Source of the DNA: an uncultured Alphaproteobacteria bacterium
Lineage (GTDB): Bacteria > Pseudomonadota > Alphaproteobacteria > Methylaequorales > Methylaequoraceae
DNA: 64,000 bases
Reading direction: 5' to 3'
Assembly: GCA_902540805.1 (NCBI GenBank)
Contig: CACBON010000005.1
Span: 12,476 to 76,475, forward strand
Part shown: positions 45,999 to 56,533 of the stretch, in pieces
Numbering within the stretch: position 1 is the stretch's first letter
Layout: each line of letters opens with the position of its first letter
The notes under the pieces: model-generated
The model's input: only the letters and a program-made list of their open reading frames with translations
Database searches by the model: none
Told to the model about the DNA's origin: nothing
Translations under genes and position numbers: made by a program

Positions 45999-48254
45999 TT
46001 TTTTTTTTTGGTCAGTAAAAGAAAATTTAAAAGCTTTGGCTTTATTGCAATAATCTACTTTGATATTGCTCAATTTATCATTTTTCTTTAACATGATGTC
46101 GGCAAGTGGAAGCTTGATTTTTTCTTCTATAACTCTGGCCATTGGTCTAGCTCCATTAATACTATTAAAGCCAAGCTGCAAGATCTTCGATTTAGCTTTT
46201 TCATTTATACTTAAGGTGATGTTTTTATTTATTAGAATTGATTCTAGCTCCATTAAAAATTTTTCAACTACTTTAATGGCGTTTTGTTTATTTAACATTT
46301 CGAAATTCACAATTGAGTCTAGTCTGTTCCTAAACTCAGGGCTGAAAAATTTAGAAATGGCCTTTTGATTATCATCTTTAACATTTTCTCCCAGAAATCC
46401 AACTTTCTCTTTCACAATGTCCTCTGCACCGATATTACTGGTCATAATTAGAATCACATTTGTAAAATCTACTTTTTTTCCAAGATGGTCTGTAAGTTTA
46501 CCATAATCCATGACTTGAAGTAAAATATTGAAAAGATCAGGGTGTGCTTTTTCTATTTCATCGAGCAGAACAACCGAATATGGGTTTTTATCAACTGCAT
46601 CAGTTAAAAGTCCACCTTGATCAAATCCCACATATCCAGGAGGAGCTCCAATGAGTTTAGATACGCTATGCCTTTCCATATATTCAGACATGTCAAATCG
46701 TATAAAATTCATCTTCATAGTGTTTGCCAACTGTTTGGTTAGCTCTGTTTTTCCTACTCCAGTCGGACCCGCAAATAAAAAAGAGCCTATTGGCTTCTCA
46801 TTGTTTCTCAATCCAACTTTTGAGAGTTTTATGCAAGAGGAAACAATCTTGATGGCTTTGTCCTGACCAAATATTAGGGTTTTAAGATCTCTTTCTAAAC
46901 TTTTAAGTTTGACTTTATCATCTGATTTAATGCTATTCTCAGGAATATTAGCTATCTTTGAAATGGTCTTCTGAATGTCTAATTTACATATATTTTTAGA
47001 TAATCGAGAGTCGTTAATTTTAATTGCAGCAGCTGTTTCATCTAAAACATCTAGAGCATTATCTGGAAGTTTAAGATTTATTAAATATTTTTTTGAAAGA
47101 TTAACAGCTTCTTTAGAACAATCTTCATCAAATTTCACGCCATGATATTTTTCATAGTAAGATTTTAATCCATCGAGAATCTTTATAGAATCCTCGATTG
47201 AAGGTTCATCAACGTCAATCTTTTGAAACCTTCTACATAAAGCCCTGTCTTTTTCAAAGTAATTTCTGTATTCACTGTAAGTAGTTGAACCAATACATTT
47301 AAAGTTACCTTTTGTAAGAGCTGGCTTTAAGATATTGGAAGCATCCATTGAACCAGAACTAGTTCCACCTGCTCCAATAAGTGTATGAATTTCATCAATA
47401 AATAAAATATTGCTCTCAAATTTATGAAAAAAATCAATGACTTTTTTTAAACGTTCCTCAAAATCACCCCTAAACTTCGTGCCCGCTAACAAGGCTCCTA
47501 AATCGAGTGAATAGATTTTTGAATCTAAAAGTGATTTGGGCACCTCTTTTTTTATAATCTTCAAAGCTAGACCTTCAGCTAGAGCAGTTTTTCCGACACC
47601 AGGGTCTCCAACAAATATAGGATTATTTTTATTTCTTCTTGCAAGAACGTGAATTGTCCTATTTATTTCGCTCTCTCTACCAATGATTGGATCAATCTTA
47701 CCAGATGAAGCTTTTTTGTTTAAATCTACGCAAAACTTTTCGATAATTTCGTTTGTTTTTTTTTGTTGATTATCTTCTGTATAGTCATTCAACATCTGAT
47801 CGAAATCATCCTTTTCATTTTCTTTCTCGATGCCATGTGACAAATAATTAACAACATCTAATCTATTTAAATTTTCCTGTTGAAGAAAATAAACAGCATG
47901 AGACTCTCTTTCACTAAATATTGCAACTAAAACATTTGCTCCGTTGGCTTCTTCTTTTCCAGAGGACTGAACATGGATAACTGCCCTTTGTATAACTCTT
48001 TGGAAACCCAATGTAGGCTTAACTTCATTTTCTGAGGAATCATTTATTAAATCTCTAAGATTATCTTCCACAAACTTTTCTAGTTTGTTTCTTAATTTAT
48101 CTTTGTCGATAACGCATGCATCTAAAACTTTTATTACATCATTGTCGTCTAGCATAGAGAAAAGCAAATGTTCAAGCGTCATATACTGATGTTTGAAAGA
48201 TTTTGCATATTTTTGAGTTCTTTGTAGAGTTTTTTCTAATTCGTCAGATATCAT
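45972..48254 (-). CDS. clpA: ATP-dependent Clp protease ATP-binding subunit ClpA
   Basis: It has two AAA+ modules (GDPGVGKTA, GPTGVGKTE). ATG 48254 (MISDELEKTL) overlaps the clpS TAA (TAATG). Confidence 0.95.
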   Translation of the reverse strand: MISDELEKTLQRTQKYAKSFKHQYMTLEHLLFSMLDDNDVIKVLDACVIDKDKLRNKLEKFVEDNLRDLINDSSENEVKPTLGFQRVIQRAVIHVQSSGKEEANGANVLVAIFSERESHAVYFLQQENLNRLDVVNYLSHGIEKENEKDDFDQMLNDYTEDNQQKKTNEIIEKFCVDLNKKASSGKIDPIIGRESEINRTIHVLARRNKNNPIFVGDPGVGKTALAEGLALKIIKKEVPKSLLDSKIYSLDLGALLAGTKFRGDFEERLKKVIDFFHKFESNILFIDEIHTLIGAGGTSSGSMDASNILKPALTKGNFKCIGSTTYSEYRNYFEKDRALCRRFQKIDVDEPSIEDSIKILDGLKSYYEKYHGVKFDEDCSKEAVNLSKKYLINLKLPDNALDVLDETAAAIKINDSRLSKNICKLDIQKTISKIANIPENSIKSDDKVKLKSLERDLKTLIFGQDKAIKIVSSCIKLSKVGLRNNEKPIGSFLFAGPTGVGKTELTKQLANTMKMNFIRFDMSEYMERHSVSKLIGAPPGYVGFDQGGLLTDAVDKNPYSVVLLDEIEKAHPDLFNILLQVMDYGKLTDHLGKKVDFTNVILIMTSNIGAEDIVKEKVGFLGENVKDDNQKAISKFFSPEFRNRLDSIVNFEMLNKQNAIKVVEKFLMELESILINKNITLSINEKAKSKILQLGFNSINGARPMARVIEEKIKLPLADIMLKKNDKLSNIKVDYCNKAKAFKFSFTDQKKKLVTVFAER

Positions 48255-48568
48255 TAATCTAGCTCCATAATACATTTTAAGGGATGTTGATCACTTTGTG
48301 CCATTCTTAAAACTGTTTCTACTTTCGTTTCAGCAATTTCTTTAGTAAAGATACCGCATATACCTGAGCCTTTTTTGTGAACCATAAGCATAATGTTTAC
48401 AGCTTCATCTTCACTTTTCTTAAAAACTACACGTAACAACTTTACCACATACTCCATTGGGGTATAATCGTCATTTAATAAAATGACTTTATACAATTTT
48501 GGTTTTTGAACCTCAATTTTTTCTTTTGTTGCTATTCCAGTTGAATTTGTTTTATTTGCGTCAGACAT
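48254..48568 (-). CDS. clpS: Clp protease adaptor ClpS
   Basis: It has YKVILLNDDYTPMEYVV and lies upstream of clpA. Confidence 0.93.
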   Translation of the reverse strand: MSDANKTNSTGIATKEKIEVQKPKLYKVILLNDDYTPMEYVVKLLRVVFKKSEDEAVNIMLMVHKKGSGICGIFTKEIAETKVETVLRMAQSDQHPLKCIMELD

Positions 48569-48612
48569 AATTAAAAAATATTAGCATCATTATTAAATTA
48601 GAAAAATACTTT

Positions 48613-50004
48613 TTAATTTTCAACTACTATTTTTTGGGAAATATTGTTGTCAAATTCATTTATAGCTTGCTTTACCTGTAACAACTGATTTTTTAATCCA
48701 ACTTTAGTAGTTGATTCACATCTCAAGACAATACAGGGCTGAGTATTTGAGGCTCTGAGTAACCACCAACCATCTTCTGATTGTACTCGTAACCCGTCAA
48801 TATCAATTATTTTTTTATTTAATTTTTTTTGACTTTTAGAAATTTTATGTATCAATTTAAACTTTTCATCATCTTCACAATCTATTCTAATTTCGGGCGT
48901 ATTAAATACCTTTGGAATCTTATCTATATATTCAGAAAGTTTCTTATTCGAGTTTGAGAGAATATCTATGAGTTGTATGGCAGCGTATAAAGCATCATCA
49001 AATCCATAATTTGATTTAAAAAATATGTGACCGCTCATTTCTCCTGCCAAATCCGCATCATATTTTTTCATATTGATTTTTACATGACTATGACCTGTTT
49101 TTGAAATAATTGGGTTTCCACCTAAATTTTCTATTTCATCAAATAGAACTTGACTGCATTTTACATCTCCAATGATTGTAGCATTTTTTTTTACAAAACT
49201 TTTAGAAAGAATTAAGAGTAAGAGATCTCCTGCAATTACTCTGCCTTTATCATCAATAACTCCAATTCTATCTCCATCTCCATCAAAAGCAATTCCTAAG
49301 TCAAAACTTCCTTTTTTTATTTCATTTATGCAATATATTAGATTTTCTGGATCAGATGGATCTGGGTGATGATTGGGAAAGTTCCCATCAATATCTTCAA
49401 ATAAAAGTTTTTGGTTCCCTTTAATCTTTTCTGAAATTTGTTTCATTACTTTACCAGCTGAACCATTACCTGCATCCCAAACTATATTAAGTTCTCTACC
49501 TTGAGAAAAATTATTAAAAATATTTTTTAAATATTCTGATTCAAAATTAACCATTTCTTTTTTCCCTCTATTCTTTTCCAGTGAAAAGTTCTTTGCCTTT
49601 TTCTTCAAATTTAATAAATCCTGACCGTAATATGGATCACCATCTAAAATAAATTTAAAACCATTATAATTCTTTGGATTATGGGAACCAGTAATCATTA
49701 TTCCACCTCTTGAATTATTCGAAATCGAAGAAAAATACAATAACGGGGTTGGAACTAAACCTATTTCACAGACATCTGCCCCAGATTCTAGTATCCCTTC
49801 GATCAAAGCATCCTTTAATGGTTCTGAGGATTTTCTTCCATCATAACCCACATTAATTTTTTTGTTTTTCCCAACCTCCATGCCAAATAGTTGCCCGATG
49901 ACTTTTGCATCTTTTTCAAAAAGTGTTTTGTTAAAAATACCCCTTATGTCATAAGAACGAATAATTGAATTATCAAAAAAATGGTTTATTGTTGTCACCA
50001 TCAA
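48613..50004 (-). CDS. phosphomannomutase/phosphoglucomutase (alpha-D-phosphohexomutase)
   Basis: It has the active-site block TGSHNP, the metal loop FDGDGDR and the GEMSGH sugar loop. Confidence 0.9.
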   Translation of the reverse strand: MMVTTINHFFDNSIIRSYDIRGIFNKTLFEKDAKVIGQLFGMEVGKNKKINVGYDGRKSSEPLKDALIEGILESGADVCEIGLVPTPLLYFSSISNNSRGGIMITGSHNPKNYNGFKFILDGDPYYGQDLLNLKKKAKNFSLEKNRGKKEMVNFESEYLKNIFNNFSQGRELNIVWDAGNGSAGKVMKQISEKIKGNQKLLFEDIDGNFPNHHPDPSDPENLIYCINEIKKGSFDLGIAFDGDGDRIGVIDDKGRVIAGDLLLLILSKSFVKKNATIIGDVKCSQVLFDEIENLGGNPIISKTGHSHVKINMKKYDADLAGEMSGHIFFKSNYGFDDALYAAIQLIDILSNSNKKLSEYIDKIPKVFNTPEIRIDCEDDEKFKLIHKISKSQKKLNKKIIDIDGLRVQSEDGWWLLRASNTQPCIVLRCESTTKVGLKNQLLQVKQAINEFDNNISQKIVVEN

Positions 50005-51317
50005 ACTCTTCCTACCGAGTAGTATTCAAAACCATTTTCCTTGACCTCTCTTGGGTTATAAATATTTCTTAAATCAACTATTACATTTCCTTTCAAGAGT
50101 TTTTTTAGTTTTTTCATATCAAGAGCTCTAAATTCGTTCCACTCTGTTAAAATAACTAACACGTCAGCATTTAGTGCGGCTTCATATGCATTTTTACACC
50201 AAATAATTTTTGATTTATATTTAATCAGACTCTTTTTTGCTTCTTCCATACCCTCTGGATCGAAAACTCTAACTTCAAATTTTTGTTTTATTAGTGCAGG
50301 TATTATGTCAAGACTTGGGCTATCTCTCATATCATCCGTATTGGGTTTAAAAGTTAAACCAAGTAATGCGATGGTTCTTTTTTGTTTATCACGAGGAAAT
50401 ATTTTAGTAATCCTTTTATGCATTGATTTTTTTCTTTTTTTATTACTTTCTACAACATGTTCAATTAATTTTAGTGGTGATTTATAATCTTGCGCAGTTT
50501 TAACGAGTGCAAGGGTATCTTTTGGGAAACATGAGCCGCCATAACCTGGACCAGGATGAAGAAATTTTTTACCTATTCTTCCGTCTAGTCCAATACCTGT
50601 AGAAACATCACTTATATTGGCTCCAACTTTTTCACATAAATCAGCAATTTCATTAATAAAAGTAATTTTAGTAGCTAAAAAAGAGTTTGCTGCATATTTA
50701 ATAAGTTCGGCTGTTTCTCTTTTTGTAAACATAATAGGAGTTTCTAAAAGATATAACGGTCTGTAAAGTTCCTTGAGAATATCCTGGGCTCTTTTTGTTT
50801 CGCAACCGATAACGACCCTATCAGGACGCATAAAATCATTAATTGCAGACCCCTCTCTTAAAAACTCTGGGTTTGATGCTACATCAAATTCTAGCTTAGG
50901 TTTAATTTTCTTTATTATATCATAAACTTTTTTCCCTGTTCCAATAGGCACAGTTGATTTATTCACAATTACTGCATATTTATCCAAACTTTTTGCAATA
51001 TCCTTCGCAGCAGAATAAACATAACTTAAATCTGCATGTCCATCACCTCTTCTGGATGGAGTACCAACAGCAATAAAAATAGCTGACGCATCTCTCAACG
51101 AATCAGATAAGTTTGAATTAAAAAACAATCTTTTCTCCTTTAAATTTTTTTTTACTATATCTTTCAATCCTGGTTCAAATATTGGAATATTACCTTTTTT
51201 TAAAGTTTTAATTTTTTCTTCATTATTATCAACGCAAACAACATTAACTCCAAACTCAGCAAAACAAGCTCCAGAGACTAAGCCAACATATCCAGTACCA
51301 ACTATTGTAATTTTCAT
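50001..51317 (-). CDS. ugd: UDP-glucose 6-dehydrogenase
   Basis: It has GTGYVGLVSGACFA and the catalytic block GGSCFPKD. Confidence 0.93.
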   Translation of the reverse strand: MKITIVGTGYVGLVSGACFAEFGVNVVCVDNNEEKIKTLKKGNIPIFEPGLKDIVKKNLKEKRLFFNSNLSDSLRDASAIFIAVGTPSRRGDGHADLSYVYSAAKDIAKSLDKYAVIVNKSTVPIGTGKKVYDIIKKIKPKLEFDVASNPEFLREGSAINDFMRPDRVVIGCETKRAQDILKELYRPLYLLETPIMFTKRETAELIKYAANSFLATKITFINEIADLCEKVGANISDVSTGIGLDGRIGKKFLHPGPGYGGSCFPKDTLALVKTAQDYKSPLKLIEHVVESNKKRKKSMHKRITKIFPRDKQKRTIALLGLTFKPNTDDMRDSPSLDIIPALIKQKFEVRVFDPEGMEEAKKSLIKYKSKIIWCKNAYEAALNADVLVILTEWNEFRALDMKKLKKLLKGNVIVDLRNIYNPREVKENGFEYYSVGRV

Positions 51318-52183
51318 ATTTTTTTCAGTAATTTCTTTAGATCTTTACTTATGTTTTTATCATTTAATCCAAACTTAACATTTGCCTCAATAAAACCTAA
51401 CTTATTTCCACAATCATATCTGTTACCATCAAACTCCAAACCAAATAAACCAGGCTCCTTAATTAAAGAAATCAGACTATCTGTAAGTTGAATTTCATTT
51501 CCATGACCTTTCTTATGTTTGTCGAGAAGGTCAAAAACTTTGTAGTTCAAAATATACCTTCCAACGACGGTAAGATTTGACGGTGCTTTAGATGGTTCCG
51601 GTTTTTCAACAAGATTTTTTATCTGATAAAAGTTATTTGATTTTTTATGGAAATCAATAACACCGTATTTGAAAACTTCTCTCTTTGGAACTTTCTCCAA
51701 AGCCAAAACTGAGCCACCTCCTGTTTTTTTATGAATTTCTATCATTTGTCCAATAACAGGATTTTTAGAAAGAATGATGTCATCGGGCAATATCACAACA
51801 AAATTCTCATTCTTTTCAATGAATCTTTTCGCACACCATACAGCATGTCCTAAACCTTTTGGTTCGTCTTGAATTACGTAAGTGAATTGTCCGAGTGCAC
51901 TTTGGCTTTGAACTGAAATAATCTGACTGCTTTTTTTTTTTTTTTTTAAAAGATTTTCAAGTTCTAATGATCTATTAAAATGTTCGATTATTGAATTTTT
52001 CTTGGAAGAAGTAACAAAAATCATCTCTTCAATCCCAGACCTTGAAGCCTCTATCACGGCCCATTCTAAAATAGGTCTATCCAATACAATCAACATTTCC
52101 TTAGCTAATGTTTTAGTAGCAGGGAGAAATCGACTGCCTAAACCTGCGATTGGAAAAATAGCTTTCTTTATTTTATTTTCCAT
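51314..52183 (-). CDS. galU: UTP--glucose-1-phosphate uridylyltransferase
   Basis: It has AIFPIAGLGSRFLPATK, GLGHAV and VEKP blocks. Confidence 0.93.
   Translation of the reverse strand: MENKIKKAIFPIAGLGSRFLPATKTLAKEMLIVLDRPILEWAVIEASRSGIEEMIFVTSSKKNSIIEHFNRSLELENLLKKKKKSSQIISVQSQSALGQFTYVIQDEPKGLGHAVWCAKRFIEKNENFVVILPDDIILSKNPVIGQMIEIHKKTGGGSVLALEKVPKREVFKYGVIDFHKKSNNFYQIKNLVEKPEPSKAPSNLTVVGRYILNYKVFDLLDKHKKGHGNEIQLTDSLISLIKEPGLFGLEFDGNRYDCGNKLGFIEANVKFGLNDKNISKDLKKLLKKI
51931..51947 (-). repeat. 17-nt homopolymeric A tract (coding strand) inside galU (encodes LKKKKKS)
   Basis: I counted 17 T in the plus-strand sequence, at 51931-51947. This is the longest homopolymer I noticed in the window. 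Confidence 0.95.
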
Positions 52184-52201
52184 AAAGATTGCAGGTTAAA
52201 G

Positions 52202-52252
52202 AAAAAAAAAAAAATCTCAACTTAAAAGAGTATCTCTAGCTTTATTAAGTTG
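52202..52252 (-). terminator. possible AT-rich hairpin + U13 tract at the end of the J-domain gene, just upstream of galU
   Basis: On the minus strand, CAACTTAA, a 19-nt loop and TTAAGTTG are followed by AGA and T13 (plus-strand A13 at 52202-52214). The stem is weak. Confidence 0.35.
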
Positions 52253-52660
52253 TTTTGTAATCCATTCAGAACCACCTTTGTCAGGATGGTTTTTTTTTAT
52301 TAATTCTTGATATCTTTTCAAAATCTCATTTTTTGAAGCATTATGCTTTAGACCAAGAATTTCATAGGCCTCTTCCTTTTTTAATGATTTTGAGGGATTA
52401 TTTCTTCCCTTGAAGAAGAACGTTTGCAACAAAAAATTTATAAAAACTCGCCATCGATACAGAATTAAAAGAACTGCAGGTATGACTGATATTATATTTG
52501 GAAATCTTGTCATTATAAGAAGAATGATAATAACTAAAGTTATTGATAAAATTAACTTTATTTTCTTTTTGAACTTTTCATGTGAATCATGAATAAATTC
52601 TAAAAATAATGAAAGTAAAATTGTTGCTAAAATTATTCCAAAAATAATGTAGTATAACAT
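52217..52660 (-). CDS. membrane-anchored J-domain protein (3 TM + C-terminal DnaJ domain; Pam18/Tim14-like architecture)
   Basis: It has three hydrophobic helices, then AYEILGL...YQELIKKNHPDKGG (HPD motif). Confidence 0.75.
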   Translation of the reverse strand: MLYYIIFGIILATILLSLFLEFIHDSHEKFKKKIKLILSITLVIIILLIMTRFPNIISVIPAVLLILYRWRVFINFLLQTFFFKGRNNPSKSLKKEEAYEILGLKHNASKNEILKRYQELIKKNHPDKGGSEWITKQLNKARDTLLS

Positions 52661-52674
52661 TTTATTACCTAACT

Positions 52675-53799
52675 ATGAGAAAATATAAACTTTTATATTT
52701 CGTAAGTGAAGATGAATATTTTTTGTCTCATAAATTAGATCAAGCATGCTCAGCTTTAAAAAATAATTTCGAGGTGCTTGTTGTTTGTAATTTTACAGAT
52801 AAGGAGAAAATTATACAATCTCATGGTTTTAAAACAGAGCACATCAGCATTAACAGAGGATCAATAAATCCCTTAAGAGAAATTTATTGTATTGTAAAAT
52901 TATGCATGATTATAATCAAGTTCAAGCCAGATTTAATTCAAAGTATTGCACTGAAGCCTATACTCTATACTTCTATAATTTCTAAATTATTTGGAAAACC
53001 AAAAATGATATTTTGTGTCGTTGGGTTAGGTTATATTTTTATAAGTGAAAAAAAATCATCAAAAATTTTAAGATTTATATATATAAATTTAATAAATATT
53101 TTTTTAAAAAAAAATAAAGTTTTTTTTATTTTTCAAAATAGAGAAGATGAATCGATTTTTAAAAAAAATAATATCACTAAATTTTCTAAAACAACAGTGA
53201 TTTATGGTTCTGGAGTTAACACTGATTTATTCAAAAGTAAAAAAACGAAGAAAATCTATGATATTATATTTCATTCCAGAATATTATACGACAAAGGGAT
53301 TTTAGAATTAATAAAAGCAGTTAAAGAAATAAGAAAAAGAGAAAAAATTTCTGTTTTGATTCTCGGTTATCCAGATAAAGAAAATCGAGCGTCTGTCAAA
53401 GTTAGTATGCTAGAAAAATGGCAGAATGAAAAACTAATTATATGGAAAGGGAAAAAAAAAAATGTAATACCATATCTTCAAAAATCAAAAATCGCTATTT
53501 TACCCTCATACAGAGAGGGACTACCCAAAAATCTCCTTGAAGCAGCTAGTTGTGAATTACCCATCATAGCAACAGATGTAGTTGGTTGTAGAGAAATATG
53601 CCAACATAATTTTAATGGCAAATTAGTTCCAGCCAAAGATTACGTTTACTTATCTAAAGCTATCGAAAAGATTCTTAACAACCCAAGACTTATAAGTGTA
53701 TATGGTAAAAACGGAAGAAAATTGGTTATAGAGAAATTTTCAATCAAAATAATTATAAAAAAATTCCTAAATGTCTACGATGAGTTTTTGTTAGAATAG
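52675..53799 (+). CDS. family 4 (GT-B) glycosyltransferase
   Basis: It has the C-terminal E-x7-E region [29 protein letters not shown]. Confidence 0.85.
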   Translation: MRKYKLLYFVSEDEYFLSHKLDQACSALKNNFEVLVVCNFTDKEKIIQSHGFKTEHISINRGSINPLREIYCIVKLCMIIIKFKPDLIQSIALKPILYTSIISKLFGKPKMIFCVVGLGYIFISEKKSSKILRFIYINLINIFLKKNKVFFIFQNREDESIFKKNNITKFSKTTVIYGSGVNTDLFKSKKTKKIYDIIFHSRILYDKGILELIKAVKEIRKREKISVLILGYPDKENRASVKVSMLEKWQNEKLIIWKGKKKNVIPYLQKSKIAILPSYREGLPKNLLEAASCELPIIATDVVGCREICQHNFNGKLVPAKDYVYLSKAIEKILNNPRLISVYGKNGRKLVIEKFSIKIIIKKFLNVYDEFLLE

Positions 53800-55473
53800 A
53801 CCTTGAATGTTTCCGTCAGGTCCTATTTTGACTTCATAGGCTGCTGGTTTCTTTGGTAAACCTGGCATGGTCATAATGTCTCCAGCTATTGCAACAATGA
53901 ATTCAGCGCCTGCGGATAACCTTATTTCTCTAATTTGAATGTCATGATTTTCCGGTGCACATTTATTTTTTGGATCAGTGCTAAAACTATATTGAGTTTT
54001 TGCCATACAAACTGGAAAATGATCATAGCCTAACTTTGATATTTCATCTAATTTTTTTAGTGCTGCTTGTGAAAAGGTAACATTCGATGCTCTGTAAATT
54101 TCTTTTGATATTTTGTTTATTTTTTCTTTAACGTCGTCTTCATCATCATAGGTAAACTTTAATTCTGCTTTTTTATTCTCGATAGTTGAAATAACAGTTT
54201 CTGCTAACGTGGAAGCTCCTTTCCCACCATCTTTCCAATGTTCAGCCAGTATTGCATTCACTCCTAGCTCCTCACACACGTTTTGAACTTTTATTATTTC
54301 GTTTTTGGTATCTGTTGGAAATCTATTTAAAGCAACAACAGCAGGTATTCCAAACTTTGAAAGATTTTCTATATGTCTTAGTAGATTTGGAAGTCCCTTC
54401 TCAACGGCTATAAGATTTTCTTCACCAAGATTTTTAGGATCAGCTTCTCCATGAAGTTTAAGAGCTCTTACAGTAGCAACCACAACAGCACACGATGGTC
54501 TTAAGCCAGTTTTTCTGCACTTTATGTTTAAAAATTTCTCGGCACCTAAATCAGCTCCAAAACCTGCTTCTGTTACAACATAATCAGAGAGTTTCAAAGC
54601 GGTCTTAGTCGCAATCACTGTGTTACATCCATGGGCAATATTAGCAAAAGGTCCACCATGAATAAAAGCAGGGTTATTCTCTAATGTTTGAACTAAATTT
54701 GGTTGAAGGGCGTCCTTAAGTAAAACTGACATTGCTCCATCTGCTTTTATATCTCTACAAAAGATTGGGTCAAGATCTCTTGTATAACCTATAATAATTT
54801 TACCTAATCTTTCTTTCAAATCTTCAAAATCCATTGCTAAACAAAGTATTGCCATGACTTCAGATGCAACTGTGATATCAAAACCGTCTTCCCTGGAGAA
54901 TCCATTTGAGACTCCTCCAAGGGAGTTTGTAATTGATCTCAGTGCTCTATCGTTCATATCTACGACTCTTCGCCAAGCAACTCTCCTACTATCGATTTTA
55001 GGTTCTAAATTCCAATAAATATGATTATCAATCATTGCAGAAAGTAGCATATGCGCGGATGTTATTGCATGAAAATCACCGGTAAAGTGTAAATTGATAT
55101 CTTCCATGGGAACAACTTGCGCGTATCCTCCACCTGCTGCACCTCCCTTCATACCGAAGCACGGTCCTAAGCTTGGTTCTCTAAGTGCTACCATGGCTCT
55201 TTTACCAATAAAATTAAGACCATCAGTAAGTCCGACTGAAGTTGTAGTCTTGCCTTCTCCTGCAGTTGTAGGTGTCATAGCAGTAACTAAAATTAATTTT
55301 CCATCTTTTTTTTTACCAAGTTCACTAATAAAGCCTGAATCGAGTTTTGCCTTATAATGTCCGTAGGGCACTAAATTCTCTTCGTCAATAGACAGTCTAT
55401 CTTGAGCAATCTCAGAGATTTTCAGCTTCTTTGCCTCTCTAGCAATTTCAAGATCTGTTTTATAGTCACTCAT
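53791..55473 (-). CDS. fhs: formate--tetrahydrofolate ligase
   Basis: It has [18 protein letters not shown] and [11 protein letters not shown]. Confidence 0.96.
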   Translation of the reverse strand: MSDYKTDLEIAREAKKLKISEIAQDRLSIDEENLVPYGHYKAKLDSGFISELGKKKDGKLILVTAMTPTTAGEGKTTTSVGLTDGLNFIGKRAMVALREPSLGPCFGMKGGAAGGGYAQVVPMEDINLHFTGDFHAITSAHMLLSAMIDNHIYWNLEPKIDSRRVAWRRVVDMNDRALRSITNSLGGVSNGFSREDGFDITVASEVMAILCLAMDFEDLKERLGKIIIGYTRDLDPIFCRDIKADGAMSVLLKDALQPNLVQTLENNPAFIHGGPFANIAHGCNTVIATKTALKLSDYVVTEAGFGADLGAEKFLNIKCRKTGLRPSCAVVVATVRALKLHGEADPKNLGEENLIAVEKGLPNLLRHIENLSKFGIPAVVALNRFPTDTKNEIIKVQNVCEELGVNAILAEHWKDGGKGASTLAETVISTIENKKAELKFTYDDEDDVKEKINKISKEIYRASNVTFSQAALKKLDEISKLGYDHFPVCMAKTQYSFSTDPKNKCAPENHDIQIREIRLSAGAEFIVAIAGDIMTMPGLPKKPAAYEVKIGPDGNIQGLF

Positions 55474-55477
55474 AATT

Positions 55478-55882
55478 TCACCTCATAAATAGTCGATTGG
55501 ATTGGTTTGATCTACATTTTTTAATATTTAAAACATCAATCATATCAGTTTTTATGGATAATTCCTCTAAAAATTTATTTTGTAGTTCATAAGCTTCTTT
55601 TTCTTTGAAAGCATTTTCCATTGGCAGATCAGACTGAAAATAATGGATAATTTCATGAAGTATTATTGATTGATTGCATGGATCATTGTAATTACTATCA
55701 GATATATATATGCCGTGTTCATTTGAAAAAAAGGCAATAACTGGACATTTACCTCCACAAGCTATCTCTTGAATAATTCTAGGTTCGACAACGTTGATTG
55801 GAAAATCAAATTTACTAGTATCATAATTTGTGTTAATTGAAATCCATTGTAATAAAATATTAATTAAATTTGAAAGTGTCAT
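55478..55882 (-). CDS. hypothetical small protein with HExxH motif
   Basis: It has LHEIIHYFQ preceded by a Cys pair (CGGKC). The 134-aa ORF lies 4 nt after the fhs start, in an operon-like position. Confidence 0.45.
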   Translation of the reverse strand: MTLSNLINILLQWISINTNYDTSKFDFPINVVEPRIIQEIACGGKCPVIAFFSNEHGIYISDSNYNDPCNQSIILHEIIHYFQSDLPMENAFKEKEAYELQNKFLEELSIKTDMIDVLNIKKCRSNQSNRLFMR

Positions 55883-55894
55883 AAATTTTATAAA

Positions 55895-56533
55895 ATGTTT
55901 AAAAATGTATCTGACATAGCTGCTGAAATTCTTATTGATTTAAAATGTATTAACTTTAGTCCAAAAAAACAATTTAAATTGACATCTGGTAAAAAAAGTC
56001 CTGTATATTGCGATTGTAGGCGCATAATTTCATTTCCAAAAGAAAGAAAAAAATTAATTAATCTTGGCATATCCAAATTAAAAGAAAAACCAAAGTTCAA
56101 TAAGATTTCAAATGTTGCAGGTGGCGAATCTGCTGGCATTCCATTTGCCGCATTCATCGCACAAAAACTTAATTTACCAATGAGCTATATAAGAAAAGAA
56201 AAAAAAAAGTTTGGGAAAAGTTCGCAGATTGAAGGTTTGTTGAACAAAGAAGATAATGTTCTTTTAGCTGAGGATTTAATGACTGATGGTGGAAGCAAGC
56301 TAATATTCTTAGACGCAATTCATAAATTAGGAGCAAATATTAGTGGTATATTCGTCATCTTTAACTACGGAATAATCAAAGATTATTATATATTTAAGAA
56401 AAAAAAGATTGAGGTGACCTTTCTTACAGAATGGAGTAATGTTCTGCGTGTTGCATCTAGGAAAAAACTTCTAACAAATGAAGAAGTAGGAATTATCAAT
56501 TCATTTCTTGAAAAATTGAAAGTTAAAAGTTAG
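55895..56533 (+). CDS. pyrE: orotate phosphoribosyltransferase
   Basis: It has FKLTSGKKSPVYCDCR and the PRPP loop VLLAEDLMTDGGS. Confidence 0.9.
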   Translation: MFKNVSDIAAEILIDLKCINFSPKKQFKLTSGKKSPVYCDCRRIISFPKERKKLINLGISKLKEKPKFNKISNVAGGESAGIPFAAFIAQKLNLPMSYIRKEKKKFGKSSQIEGLLNKEDNVLLAEDLMTDGGSKLIFLDAIHKLGANISGIFVIFNYGIIKDYYIFKKKKIEVTFLTEWSNVLRVASRKKLLTNEEVGIINSFLEKLKVKS

